Positions 19,920 through 29,437 are shown, counted from the stretch's first letter. The stretch: 64,000 nucleotides of DNA from Candidatus Dojkabacteria bacterium (GCA_016931155.1 JAFGFJ010000006.1:220389-284388); one strand, 5' to 3'. Notes: a model not told the origin generated them from the sequence alone. Program-made: numbers and translations.

Positions 19920-20319
19920 TTAAAAAATTTAATATTTTCTCTACAGAATCACTCAGACTCTTTTCAATTTCGCATTCCCAAATATACAAGGTATTCCATC
20001 CCTGTGACTCCAGAATTTCCTTTACTTTTTTATCTCTAGCAATATTGCTATCGAGTTTTGTATTCCAGAATTTTTTATTAGTTTTAGGTCTATAAGTATT
20101 GCTGCAACCATGTTGATGCCAGAAACAACCATGAACAAAAACCACACTCTTCTGCTTCAGAAATACAAGGTCAGGTTTACCAGTGAGTTTATATTTCAGT
20201 CTATATCGAAACCCTTTCCTGTGAAGTTCTTTTCTAATAAGTATTTCTGGCTTTGTATCATTGCCTGTTATTCTGGACATGTTCCAGCTTCTTCTTGTTT
20301 TCGTCAGTTTGTCTGTCAT
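19894..20319 (-). CDS. vsr: very-short-patch-repair (T:G mismatch) endonuclease Vsr
   Basis: DTKPEILIRKELHRKGFRYRL...KPDLVFLKQKSVVFVHGCFWHQH...LYIWECEI. Near-canonical Vsr signature. Confidence 0.9.
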   Translation of the reverse strand: MTDKLTKTRRSWNMSRITGNDTKPEILIRKELHRKGFRYRLKYKLTGKPDLVFLKQKSVVFVHGCFWHQHGCSNTYRPKTNKKFWNTKLDSNIARDKKVKEILESQGWNTLYIWECEIEKSLSDSVEKILNFLNEKSNNSG

Positions 20320-21497
20320 TATTTCTGTACATAATCAACGTATTTAATGAAAGTTCCGAGAGAGTAAATCTTTCTTTGATATTCTTTAGGGTAAGCAGAA
20401 ATATAATCTTTAGGGACAACCAGTTTTACATCGTTTTCGTACATCTCTTTCAATTGATTAGATGAGATACCCTGTTGTAAGGTGAACAGATGTTTAACTC
20501 TTATTCTGTCTGCCTCATTAAGAATCTGTCTCCATCTATCTTTACAGGTAGTTTTTGCAGCTAGAAATATGAGTTTGTCTGTCTTAAAACTGCCGTTTCT
20601 GTATGATTCTATATCTGGAAAAATAAAATCAGGTTTTTTATTCCCTTCAGTCACTGGTTGTTCGTCAAATTTTAATTCGAAGATATTGAACATTTTAGAT
20701 AGATGATGTTCAAGTGATTTCCCAGCCCTGCTTTTTCTTCTCTGTAAAACTGAATTTGCAGATTTTATGAAATCGTCAATACTTTTGAATGGGTTCTTTA
20801 TTAAAGGCGCATATCTATCATTTTCTATAGCTTTGAACAATTGATACTCTGTATCCAGCCATCTTAAAAGTTCTCTATCTGGCATCTTTTTTATCTCAGG
20901 AGTATTTATATTTTGTGCTTTGATAATAATTCCCCTTGCATTATCGGCAAGTTCCGTAGAGGTAGGAAAATCTACTTTTAAGGTTTCAATATAACTTTGG
21001 AATAAGTCTTCAAGTTTTGCATCAATATCTATAACATTACTCTTTGGTATTATCCTATTTGTTTCACTTGGACTTAAACCGAAAGCGCTTAAGAAATCTT
21101 CTGTATCATCATCTGAAGAGAGAACAAACGCTTCATAATAATCATCAGTAATTCTGCCTATAACTATAAGATTTCCTATATTATTCTCTTGCAGAAAAGG
21201 AAAATTTCTTCCAAATCTTGTCAACCTGTATTCATTTCTAGTTCCTGTCCCATAATAAATGAATCTGCTTTCTGTTTCGAAATCTCCTTGCCATTTAATT
21301 TTTACAAATTTATCTTTATTGCTTCCCTTGACACCTGCCTTATCGAAGAATAAAGGATAGGAATTTCTATGAAGGTAAAAGCCGCTTTGATGAGCCCCTG
21401 TGGCTACGGTGTCGTTAGCAGTAATGAACTTGGTAAATGCAATATCACTTTTATTAACAAGATTTATTGCGTTATTTACAAGATTATTTTCTGTCAT
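20319..21497 (-). CDS. EcoRII-family type IIE restriction endonuclease (expected specificity CCWGG-like)
   Basis: N-terminal effector block FITANDTVATGAHQSGFYL (EcoRII: LSANDTGATGGHQVGLYI). C-terminal catalytic region ANSVLQRRKSRAGKSLEHHL...TEGNKKPDFIFP...AAKTTCKDRWRQILNEADRI...HLFTLQQG is almost colinear with EcoRII. Confidence 0.85.
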   Translation of the reverse strand: MTENNLVNNAINLVNKSDIAFTKFITANDTVATGAHQSGFYLHRNSYPLFFDKAGVKGSNKDKFVKIKWQGDFETESRFIYYGTGTRNEYRLTRFGRNFPFLQENNIGNLIVIGRITDDYYEAFVLSSDDDTEDFLSAFGLSPSETNRIIPKSNVIDIDAKLEDLFQSYIETLKVDFPTSTELADNARGIIIKAQNINTPEIKKMPDRELLRWLDTEYQLFKAIENDRYAPLIKNPFKSIDDFIKSANSVLQRRKSRAGKSLEHHLSKMFNIFELKFDEQPVTEGNKKPDFIFPDIESYRNGSFKTDKLIFLAAKTTCKDRWRQILNEADRIRVKHLFTLQQGISSNQLKEMYENDVKLVVPKDYISAYPKEYQRKIYSLGTFIKYVDYVQK

Positions 21498-22717
21498 TAC
21501 AAGTATTTAATAACTGATTTTGCCAGATGTTCCATTAGTGGAACAACTACTGAGTTGCCAAACTGCTTATAGGCTTGAGTATCTGAAACAGGAATGATGA
21601 AATTTTCTGGAAAACCCTGCAGCCTTGCACATTCCCGTGGGGTTAATTTTCGTGGATTTTTACCTTCCTGTGGAATCAGTATTTCTGAACCATCCTTGTA
21701 ATATCTGGCACTAAGTGTTCTAGTTACCCCGTTAAAATCAGCGAGTCCAAAACCAAATCCATTGCCCTTTTCTCTATGTTTTTTTGCATAGCTTTGAAGA
21801 TATTCCCATAGCTTGTCTGAGAGAGTGTATTTTTCATCGATATCCTTATCCAGAATATCAGAGAGTTTAGTCTTATTTAGTGGTACTTCAGGGAAACTGA
21901 AATTTTCTTCATTATTAAAAATGTCATTATTGAAGGCTACTACTATCGTTCTTTCTCGATGTTGAGGGACAAAATGTTTGCCATCAAAAACCTGAAAGTA
22001 TGGTGTGTAGTTCAAATCAGTAAGAGTGTTAAGTATGACTTTAAAGGTATTTCCTTTATCGTGAGACATGAGGTTTTTTACATTCTCTAAAAAAAGTATT
22101 TTAGGTCTCTTTTCTTTTACAATTCTTGCTATATCAAAGAATAATGTTCCCTTTGTACCATCAAGAAATCCATGATTAACTCCCATGCTTATCTTTTTGG
22201 ATACACCAGCGATTGAAAAAGGTTGACATGGAAATCCTGCAAGTAAGATATCATGATCTGGAATATCTTTTTCATCAATCTTTGTAATGTCACCTGCAGG
22301 AGTTTCTTTGAAGTTTGCTTCGTAAGTTTTACAAGCATAAGTGTCAATTTCAGAAGAAAAGACAGAAATACCCCCCTGTTTTTCAAATCCGATTCTTATA
22401 CCGCCAATTCCTGCGAACAGGTCTATGAATTTGAACTTGCCTGTTTTCTTCTCAGGTTTAATATCGTTGGGAAATATACCTGAGTTATCAAAACCCAGTT
22501 GAGGTTCAATAAGTGTATCTATTCTTACATCAAGTGCATTTGCAATTCTGACTACAGTTTCTATAGTTGGATTATGTTGAACCCCGCTTTCCAGTTTTGT
22601 AATAGTAGAGTAGGTAACACCCGATCGTTCAGCCAGGTCTTTTTGGGTCAGACCTCGAATTTTTCTCTCCCTTTCTATCTTTAATGCTATGTTTGACATA
22701 TGTGTTAATAATTTCAT
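21497..22717 (-). CDS. DNA (cytosine-5)-methyltransferase (Dcm/M.EcoRII-like) with fused N-terminal XRE-type HTH domain
   Basis: HTH (LTQKDLAERSGVTYSTITKLESG). C5-MTase motifs FDLFAGIGGIRIGF (I), GFPCQPFS (IV), ENV (VI). TAATG overlap with the REase start. Confidence 0.9.
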   Translation of the reverse strand: MKLLTHMSNIALKIERERKIRGLTQKDLAERSGVTYSTITKLESGVQHNPTIETVVRIANALDVRIDTLIEPQLGFDNSGIFPNDIKPEKKTGKFKFIDLFAGIGGIRIGFEKQGGISVFSSEIDTYACKTYEANFKETPAGDITKIDEKDIPDHDILLAGFPCQPFSIAGVSKKISMGVNHGFLDGTKGTLFFDIARIVKEKRPKILFLENVKNLMSHDKGNTFKVILNTLTDLNYTPYFQVFDGKHFVPQHRERTIVVAFNNDIFNNEENFSFPEVPLNKTKLSDILDKDIDEKYTLSDKLWEYLQSYAKKHREKGNGFGFGLADFNGVTRTLSARYYKDGSEILIPQEGKNPRKLTPRECARLQGFPENFIIPVSDTQAYKQFGNSVVVPLMEHLAKSVIKYL

Positions 22718-22741
22718 TCTATTGATATATTATACCCAGTG

Positions 22742-23887
22742 TTAATTCATATCAAGTTTATTTAACTTAACTTTTTCAAACTTACTTAATTTACTTAGTA
22801 ACGACTTGAAAGGACTCTTTGTTTTACTTACAACAAGCTGTTTCATTTCCTTATTTAGTCTATACCAGCTTGTTTTTCCAAACCTGTCTGTCACCTTCCT
22901 AAACTTTCTAACACCTATTTCCTCAAGTGCTACTTTTGCTCCAAAATAGACGAGTAACTTTCTGTAGCCAAGCTTTGGATTATTCAGTTGCAGTTCGGTT
23001 AAGATTCCTTCAAATGTCTCAGTTTCAACCATTAGTAGCTTTGGATAAGAAGATTCTATCTCTTTAATTATAGCAAGTAGTAGCTTCTTAGATAGTTTTT
23101 TGCTGTAGAGGTCTGTAAAAATGAGCTGTTTATTCTTAAAGGAGTATTTTTCAAGCAATTGCTTCATCTTTCTTCTGCTTCCTATCCTTACTTCGACTCG
23201 TAGGACTTCGAAAGGCTTCTTTGACTGTGGTTGGTCAAATAAACTCAATTGTGTGTAGTTATCCTTCTCTATAGCACGTTTTTCAGATAGTTTTGCCTGT
23301 TTTAGGTCTTTTAACTTGTCGTATAGAATAACTTCAAAATCATTACTGTGATATTTAATTGAGTGACCTTCATTTCTGAAGTCTGTACTATTCATGTCTA
23401 ATAGTCTATTTACGTTTATTTTACTTACCTCTTTCAGGATGGAGTAGGGCGTAGAATAGTCTGTAAGTACAATATTCTTTGAATAATGGACAGTAGATAC
23501 ATCTGCATTTGCTAGAATTTGTATATCCTCGATCTTTACTCCCATAATAAACAGTAAATCCTTTAGTTTCCAGCATATTTCACCGAAGTCTGATTCTTCT
23601 ACTTCATCAAAGTTGTTTCCATGAAGCAGTTTGGGGATGGAGAACTCAACCTTGAGGAATATAGTAAAACCACCTCTTCTAAGAGCTTTAAATATGGTTA
23701 GACGGGGTAAGTAGCCATGTTGCTGTTTGTCTGCCTTCGTGGGGTTATTTGTAGCCTTAAAAGGTGCTCTGGCAGTGACTTTAATGAAGGGGGGTACAAA
23801 TAGGTTTTCTGTTGAAGGTGAAAACTTATTATGGTCTAGAATCTTGAAGTCTTTTTCTTCAATTGTCAGTGAAATTGTATCTATCAT
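22742..23887 (-). CDS. hypothetical protein, possibly a Rep_trans-type (rolling-circle) replication initiation factor
   Basis: 381 aa. Blocks such as EVILYDKLKDL and VRIGSRRK resemble the conserved G-S-R...Y-D-K region of phage/plasmid Rep_trans proteins. Not verifiable without a profile search. Confidence 0.3.
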   Translation of the reverse strand: MIDTISLTIEEKDFKILDHNKFSPSTENLFVPPFIKVTARAPFKATNNPTKADKQQHGYLPRLTIFKALRRGGFTIFLKVEFSIPKLLHGNNFDEVEESDFGEICWKLKDLLFIMGVKIEDIQILANADVSTVHYSKNIVLTDYSTPYSILKEVSKINVNRLLDMNSTDFRNEGHSIKYHSNDFEVILYDKLKDLKQAKLSEKRAIEKDNYTQLSLFDQPQSKKPFEVLRVEVRIGSRRKMKQLLEKYSFKNKQLIFTDLYSKKLSKKLLLAIIKEIESSYPKLLMVETETFEGILTELQLNNPKLGYRKLLVYFGAKVALEEIGVRKFRKVTDRFGKTSWYRLNKEMKQLVVSKTKSPFKSLLSKLSKFEKVKLNKLDMN

Positions 23888-24146
23888 TGTTCATTACGTT
23901 TTTTAAGTAATTATTTACTTCCTCCTCAATCAGGCTACCTGTCTGTTTGTTTATTGGATGAAAAAGATTCATATCCCTGTTCCCAATGTGTTTGGTAGGG
24001 TAAACAAGCCTGTAATCCCTATCGGGCTTGGTAAAGATAGCCACAGAACTGCAATAAATAGCTTCAAATAAGACAAAGCTACAAAACGCAATTAAGCCAT
24101 TGTTTGGTTTCACTGGAATTACTTGTATTTCACTTATTATTTTCAT
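23859..24146 (-). CDS. SpoVG-family nucleic-acid-binding protein
   Basis: 95 aa. IQVIPVKPNNGLIAFCSFVLFEAIYCSSVAIFTKPDRDYRLVYPTK...FHPINKQTGSLIEEEVNNYL matches the SpoVG pattern (V.P....GL.A.ASI.LD..F.VH.IRVI....G.FVA.PS......DIAHPIN...R..I...V...Y). Confidence 0.55.
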   Translation of the reverse strand: MKIISEIQVIPVKPNNGLIAFCSFVLFEAIYCSSVAIFTKPDRDYRLVYPTKHIGNRDMNLFHPINKQTGSLIEEEVNNYLKNVMNNDRYNFTDN

Positions 24147-24341
24147 TGCTTTGTCTTTTTGAGTCTTTTGTCTATATCAATAAATATCTGAAATAGTTTT
24201 AGAACTCGCTCTTGTTCTTCAGAGGTTTTACAAACAGAACAATTGTCAGGTAAAGGCACCTGATCCTTGTTGTATATAGTTTGTAAATGCTTATCCTCAG
24301 TTTGCATATACTGAGGATACAGAGTGGGTAGTTACGTAAAG

Positions 24342-24962
24342 TTACGTGACAAGTGAAGGATTTACCTGAATAGTCTTAGTTTTTACAATTAGAAACTTTT
24401 TAACGTCAGTTTTCTTAGCAACTTTCTCATTAACTCTCTTTCCTGCTCTGTAAACTACTTTGTTATCGATATTTTCTGTTGATTCACCCCATTCCTCAAC
24501 GATTTCATCCCATGACCATTCTTTTTTCATGGACTCTGTGTCTTTGAGGATAACCTTTAGAAGCTTATTTTCTAGGGAATCGGAGGGAAAATCCCTAATT
24601 AGTTCATTCTGAAGTAAAAGTGCTGGAATGTCGGGGTAATACTTTGGGATACTCTTTCTCTTTGACCTTCTTAGATTCTCCTTCATTTCCTTAAGCTCGA
24701 TTCGGAGTTTTTCATATTGTAAGTGCTTCGTCCTGTCTTCTTCTGTGTCGTAAGTATACATTCCGTCAGCGCTACCGTGTAGTAGAAATTCTGCTATACG
24801 CCTTAATTGCTGAACAACTGGGTCTTCTCCTATTGTTGGAGTTCTTTTACCAACAAACCCAATTTGGAACTCTATTTTGCCCAATATTTTATTTAGTTGA
24901 ACAAGTTCTTCTTTGATTTCGTTTAGTGAGGAAGTTATGTTTTCATTTGAATCATTTTTCAT
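24342..24962 (-). CDS. hypothetical protein (charged, coiled-coil-like)
   Basis: 206-aa ORF co-directional with the integrase / R-M / Rep-like genes. No recognisable motif. Confidence 0.4.
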   Translation of the reverse strand: MKNDSNENITSSLNEIKEELVQLNKILGKIEFQIGFVGKRTPTIGEDPVVQQLRRIAEFLLHGSADGMYTYDTEEDRTKHLQYEKLRIELKEMKENLRRSKRKSIPKYYPDIPALLLQNELIRDFPSDSLENKLLKVILKDTESMKKEWSWDEIVEEWGESTENIDNKVVYRAGKRVNEKVAKKTDVKKFLIVKTKTIQVNPSLVT

Positions 24963-24999
24963 TACGTCTTCGTTCTACTACTCTACAATAAGTTATGGA

Positions 25000-25731
25000 C
25001 TATTTACATTCTTCATCCTTGTTCTTATCAAGAATATAGTCCTTTATCTTCCAGTAATTATCTACTATTTTTTGATAGTTGTTAGCAAATATCTCCTGTA
25101 AATTACTGTCAGTTCTTAACTTTTCTTTAAGGTCTTGTAGATAGTTAATTAAATCAAAAAATAAGCAGAAGTTATTAACCAAAATCTCGTTCCTATGATA
25201 CCTTAAATGGCAATAACCTTTCCTGTTTTTTGCGATTTTGAAGTACTCAGATAGTTCCTCTAATGATTTAGGAGCATCGTGTTTTAAGTAATTAGACTGA
25301 AAGAACCACGACTCCTGTCTATCTTTCCTAGTTGCTCCTTTTCTTATAGTATCAATTATATGGGGTAGGGGACGGACATTATGGACTAGATCATGCCTAT
25401 AGACCTGCACAAGATAGCTCCTGTACCTTTTGTATTTTGAATTTACATATTTATCGTAAGGCATAAAGTCATTAAGTACTATTTTTATTCTTTCTGTTTG
25501 TTTTTTCCCTGTGTGAATATACATTAGAGAAGCAATGTGATCTGTAAAACAAAAAATATTCCTTGCTATAGTAAAAAGGCCTATTTGACTTTCTAATAAA
25601 GGGAAAATATCTCCTTTTAGTTGGTCTATTAAATCAGATACATATTCATAAGGTTGGAAACTTTTTCCTGGAAGAACGGCTAAATGAAATAGACCTTTAT
25701 CTTTGTTCACTACTGTAAGGTGTGTGGTCAT
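25000..25731 (-). CDS. hypothetical protein
   Basis: 243-aa ORF, first gene of the minus-strand string. No recognisable motif. Confidence 0.4.
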   Translation of the reverse strand: MTTHLTVVNKDKGLFHLAVLPGKSFQPYEYVSDLIDQLKGDIFPLLESQIGLFTIARNIFCFTDHIASLMYIHTGKKQTERIKIVLNDFMPYDKYVNSKYKRYRSYLVQVYRHDLVHNVRPLPHIIDTIRKGATRKDRQESWFFQSNYLKHDAPKSLEELSEYFKIAKNRKGYCHLRYHRNEILVNNFCLFFDLINYLQDLKEKLRTDSNLQEIFANNYQKIVDNYWKIKDYILDKNKDEECK

Positions 25732-25953
25732 GAAAAGGTGGAATAACTATAGAATTATACTCTAATGTACAAGCCTATAATTGAAGAGCAATGTTTTCCA
25801 TATATGAACTTTCTATGAGCCTTTTTATATTGTTTACGTTTATAGTAATCTCAGTAGATTGGTTCATGAACGAGTCTAATAAGTGACCCCACTACCAGGA
25901 AACTCGCCCTAAAAGACGCTTGCACTCCATAAATACTCGTGTTATTATCGATT

Positions 25954-27207
25954 ATGGTAATAAAAAGAGCAATCGAAAAAGAAATAGTCGAGCATCTCTC
26001 CTCACCAGAAATAACTCTCATAGTCGGGCCAAGGCAGGTTGGTAAAACTACATTGATAAATAAAATAGCCGAATCACTGAAGAACAAAGGGGAAAGTGTC
26101 TTTACACTCAACCTGGATATAGAAGATGATTTTGGTTTGCTTGAAAGTCAGTCAAGGCTTGTGAGTCAAATTGGACTCAATATAGGAAAGGATAAGGGAT
26201 ATGTATTCATAGATGAAGTGCAACGGAAAGAAGACGCAGGAAGGTTTTTCAAGGGAATTTATGACATGAAACTTCCTTACAAGTTTATCTTAACAGGTTC
26301 CGGAAGTGTAGAGTTAAAGGAAAAGGTTTCGGAATCGCTTACTGGGAGAAAAAAGATTTTTGAAATGAGGCCGATAAGTTTTTTCGAATTTATAGACTAC
26401 AAAACTCAATATCAGTATTCGGATAGATTGGCTTCCTTTTTCTCTCTCAAAGATCCAAGACTTGAACCTTTGTTTAATGAGTACATGCAGTTTGGCGGAT
26501 ATCCACGCGTTATGCTTGCGGACAGACTAGAGACAAAGCGTGCGGAAATGCAGGAAATATATAAAAGTTATCTAGAGAAGGACATTACGCAACTTCTGAA
26601 TATTCAAAAAGCAGAATCATTTAGCAAATTAATTACTTTACTATCAAGTCAGGCAGGTAAGCAGATAAATATAGAAGAATTAAGTACTACTCTCTCTCTC
26701 GATTCAAAAACAATAAAAAACTATTTGTGGTATTTAGAAAAGACTTACATAATAAAAGTCTGCAGACCGTATTTTACGAACCCAAGAAGCGAACTTGTTA
26801 AATCGTCAGTTTACTACTTTCTTGACCTTGGAATGAGTAACTATGCACTCAATAGATTTAGTAATTTTGATCTTACTTTACATGGAGGACAATTGTTCGA
26901 GAACTTTATATTTAACCACTTGATCAATAAATACTACAAAACTGATCCTACAATCAATTTCTGGAGAACAAAAGATGGAGCAGAAGTTGATTTTATCTTT
27001 AGGGTGGGAGCACAGGTAATACCGATCGAAGTAAAGTATAAGAAACTCTTAAAACCCACCGCAGGGCGCTCTTTGTATAATTATTTAGAAAAATACAAAT
27101 CTGCTGAAGCTCATATAGTAAACTTAACGCTGGATGAGGAAATAAAATCTAGGAAATCAAAACTCATATTCAGTAGTTATCCAAAATTTCTGTCTATGGA
27201 TATATAA
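25954..27207 (+). CDS. AAA+ ATPase of the AAA_14 / DUF4143 family
   Basis: Walker A GPRQVGKTTL, Walker B VFIDEVQ, and the typical ~400-aa architecture. The ATG at 25954 is preferred over the upstream GTG at 25939. Confidence 0.75.
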   Translation: MVIKRAIEKEIVEHLSSPEITLIVGPRQVGKTTLINKIAESLKNKGESVFTLNLDIEDDFGLLESQSRLVSQIGLNIGKDKGYVFIDEVQRKEDAGRFFKGIYDMKLPYKFILTGSGSVELKEKVSESLTGRKKIFEMRPISFFEFIDYKTQYQYSDRLASFFSLKDPRLEPLFNEYMQFGGYPRVMLADRLETKRAEMQEIYKSYLEKDITQLLNIQKAESFSKLITLLSSQAGKQINIEELSTTLSLDSKTIKNYLWYLEKTYIIKVCRPYFTNPRSELVKSSVYYFLDLGMSNYALNRFSNFDLTLHGGQLFENFIFNHLINKYYKTDPTINFWRTKDGAEVDFIFRVGAQVIPIEVKYKKLLKPTAGRSLYNYLEKYKSAEAHIVNLTLDEEIKSRKSKLIFSSYPKFLSMDI

Positions 27208-27210
27208 TAG

Positions 27211-27239
27211 TACCAAAATTCCTTCCACCAGCCACCCCA
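27211..27239 (+). repeat. att-like direct repeat copy A (TACCAAAATTCCTTCCACCAGCCACCCCA); last 15 nt identical to the 3' end of tRNA-His including CCA
   Basis: CCACCAGCCACCCCA at 27225-27239 equals 18423-18437. Lies 4 nt after the ATPase stop. Confidence 0.8.
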
Positions 27240-27404
27240 GACGCAATAAAACATAACAAACCTTCCAGAACGCTCTCCTGTTAATAGAATTCGAGGTTCG
27301 AATTTATAAAAAATCAAATATAAAAACACTTCTGTTAGTAATATTGCATTTAAAGACTGTTTAGAATATAATACGGAAGTGTATGTTATCTTAAGTAGTC
27401 AGAA

Positions 27405-28019
27405 ATGAGAAGAAAAACACTTTTTACAAATTTTATAAACACACCCTACTTTACAAAGCAGGATCTATTGGTTTTGGCTGATAAATTCAATATCTCTGAG
27501 ACAAGTATTAACACGTTAATTCAGAGATCTATCAAAAGCAAGGAAATCATCTCATTAAAAAGAAATTGTTATGTTAATAGAGAATTTTTTCTTAAGAATA
27601 GAGATAATCTAGAGTATAAGTTCTTTGTTGCCAATATATTGATAAAATCCTCGTATATTAGCCGAGAAACCGCTCTACAGTATTACGGACTACTTTCCGA
27701 AGCATCACTGAACTATTTTACTTCTACTACTATCAAGCTACCTAGAAAATTTGAGAAATCACTCGGTATTTTTGAATACAGAAATATTAAGGATGAACTT
27801 TTTAATGGATATAAGAGTGTAAGATTTTCGATTGGTGGAAATGAATATTCGTACCTAATAGCAGAACCCTACAAAGCAATATTTGATTATATATATTATC
27901 GTACAAGTAAAAGGTCAATATCTGAAGGATTACTTATGTCAGTAATGAATGAGCTCAGAATAAATTACCATGACCTTGAAAAGGATCAGCTAGATAAATT
28001 AATTAATTCTTTTAAATAA
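27405..28019 (+). CDS. AbiEi-like antitoxin / transcriptional regulator (type IV TA system), putative
   Basis: 204-aa protein immediately upstream of, and abutting, an AbiEii-type nucleotidyltransferase gene (stop at 28017-28019, ATG at 28020). N-terminal wHTH-like region. Assignment is mainly by synteny. Confidence 0.45.
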   Translation: MRRKTLFTNFINTPYFTKQDLLVLADKFNISETSINTLIQRSIKSKEIISLKRNCYVNREFFLKNRDNLEYKFFVANILIKSSYISRETALQYYGLLSEASLNYFTSTTIKLPRKFEKSLGIFEYRNIKDELFNGYKSVRFSIGGNEYSYLIAEPYKAIFDYIYYRTSKRSISEGLLMSVMNELRINYHDLEKDQLDKLINSFK

Positions 28020-29285
28020 ATGTTAATAGATAAATTAAAACTAAAATTTAAAGAACTTAAAGAGGAAGGTAAAACGGAAGATTCAATATTAATAGCCTTA
28101 AAGGAAATTTTGCAGCACTATATATTGAACTTCATTTACACAAGCAAAAATTATTCTTATTTGACAATGTATGGTGGGACTGTTTTAAGAATAGGATATA
28201 ACCTTCCTAGAATGTCTGAAGACTTAGATTTTCAGACACATAAGAAATTAGATTTAGAGAAATTTACCGAGGAAATAAAGAGGTATTTTAAGGATAATTA
28301 CGCATTTGATATAGAAGTAAAGCACAAAAGCTCACCAGAGAATAATACAAGCACATTATTTATAAAGTTCTTCACGTTAAAAGAACTAGGTTTTAAAAAA
28401 TTAAAGCTTGAAAGACTTCATGTCAAAGTAGATGTAAACTACTTTGAAACGGCAAATAAATTTGTAAACGATACTGTACCAGGTGGTAAAGGCACGGAGT
28501 TAGCCTATACAATTAAAACTTATCCCCTTTCTACTCTAATGGCGAGTAAGGCTGTTGCATTCCTAAAGAGAGATGCCAGAGGTATAGGTGATATTTTAAC
28601 GAATGTAAAATCAAGAGATGTATACGATATGATGTGGTATATGAATCGAGGAACTATGCCTGATTTGGAATATCTTAAAGCAAAAGATATAAGCTTTGAC
28701 ACATTTTTAGATTTTAGAGATAAAGTCAAGATTAGAGCAAACAAGATTGAAGACAACGCCTTTAGAAATGATTTATCTCAGTTCTTTTATGATAGAAATG
28801 AACTTGAAAACTGGCTATCTAGCTGGAGACCAAAATTTATGCAGTTATTAGATTCATATAAAGTATATGAAGTTGGGGAATTAGAGAGGATTTATGGGCA
28901 TGTAGATTTCAGTACAGATAATAGATCTATTTCTTATACATTTAATGCTTTAGACAATCAAAATCAGAATGTGATCTTTAGTGTGACACTTACAGATTAC
29001 TGGTTCGAGTTTAGAGATATAAAAATAAATAGAGGTCACAGAGTAGCAGAGATTGAAGATAAGGCTGAGAAAGGAAGAGGTGAAATGACTGAGTTAGACT
29101 ATGAGTATATTGGACTCTTCTACACAAAGATTAAAGATTACTTAAAGCGAAATAAGAACGTGGTTTTCCAGAATGAATTTGAAACTAAAGTAATACGGGC
29201 TTCAGCAGACAATTTAGATCCAAAAAAGCAGATTTATCTTGATAAAAGGCTTTTGGAGAAGATAGATTTTGAAGAATTATTGTGA
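28020..29285 (+). CDS. AbiEii-family nucleotidyltransferase toxin (DUF1814) with a long C-terminal extension
   Basis: LTMYGGTVLRIGYNLPRMSEDLDFQ matches the (K)GGTAL...R.SEDIDF signature of AbiEii/DUF1814. 421 aa versus ~300 aa typical. Confidence 0.6.
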   Translation: MLIDKLKLKFKELKEEGKTEDSILIALKEILQHYILNFIYTSKNYSYLTMYGGTVLRIGYNLPRMSEDLDFQTHKKLDLEKFTEEIKRYFKDNYAFDIEVKHKSSPENNTSTLFIKFFTLKELGFKKLKLERLHVKVDVNYFETANKFVNDTVPGGKGTELAYTIKTYPLSTLMASKAVAFLKRDARGIGDILTNVKSRDVYDMMWYMNRGTMPDLEYLKAKDISFDTFLDFRDKVKIRANKIEDNAFRNDLSQFFYDRNELENWLSSWRPKFMQLLDSYKVYEVGELERIYGHVDFSTDNRSISYTFNALDNQNQNVIFSVTLTDYWFEFRDIKINRGHRVAEIEDKAEKGRGEMTELDYEYIGLFYTKIKDYLKRNKNVVFQNEFETKVIRASADNLDPKKQIYLDKRLLEKIDFEELL

Positions 29286-29326
29286 ATATTAATGAACAAC
29301 TCTCAAGAGAATACGGTTTAACCAAC

Positions 29327-29349
29327 GTTCCAAAATTCCTTCCACCATT
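29327..29349 (+). repeat. att-like direct repeat copy C (GTTCCAAAATTCCTTCCACCATTA), degenerate
   Basis: Shares GTTCCAAAATTCCTTCCACCA with copies A and B. Sits 42 nt after the AbiEii stop. Confidence 0.6.
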
Positions 29350-29437
29350 AAGCCTAAATTTCCCTTTAGTTGTAGCAGAAGCTTTTCAATTTTACTGAGA
29401 ATTGATAATCTACTGATGAATATGTCGATCAAACAGA

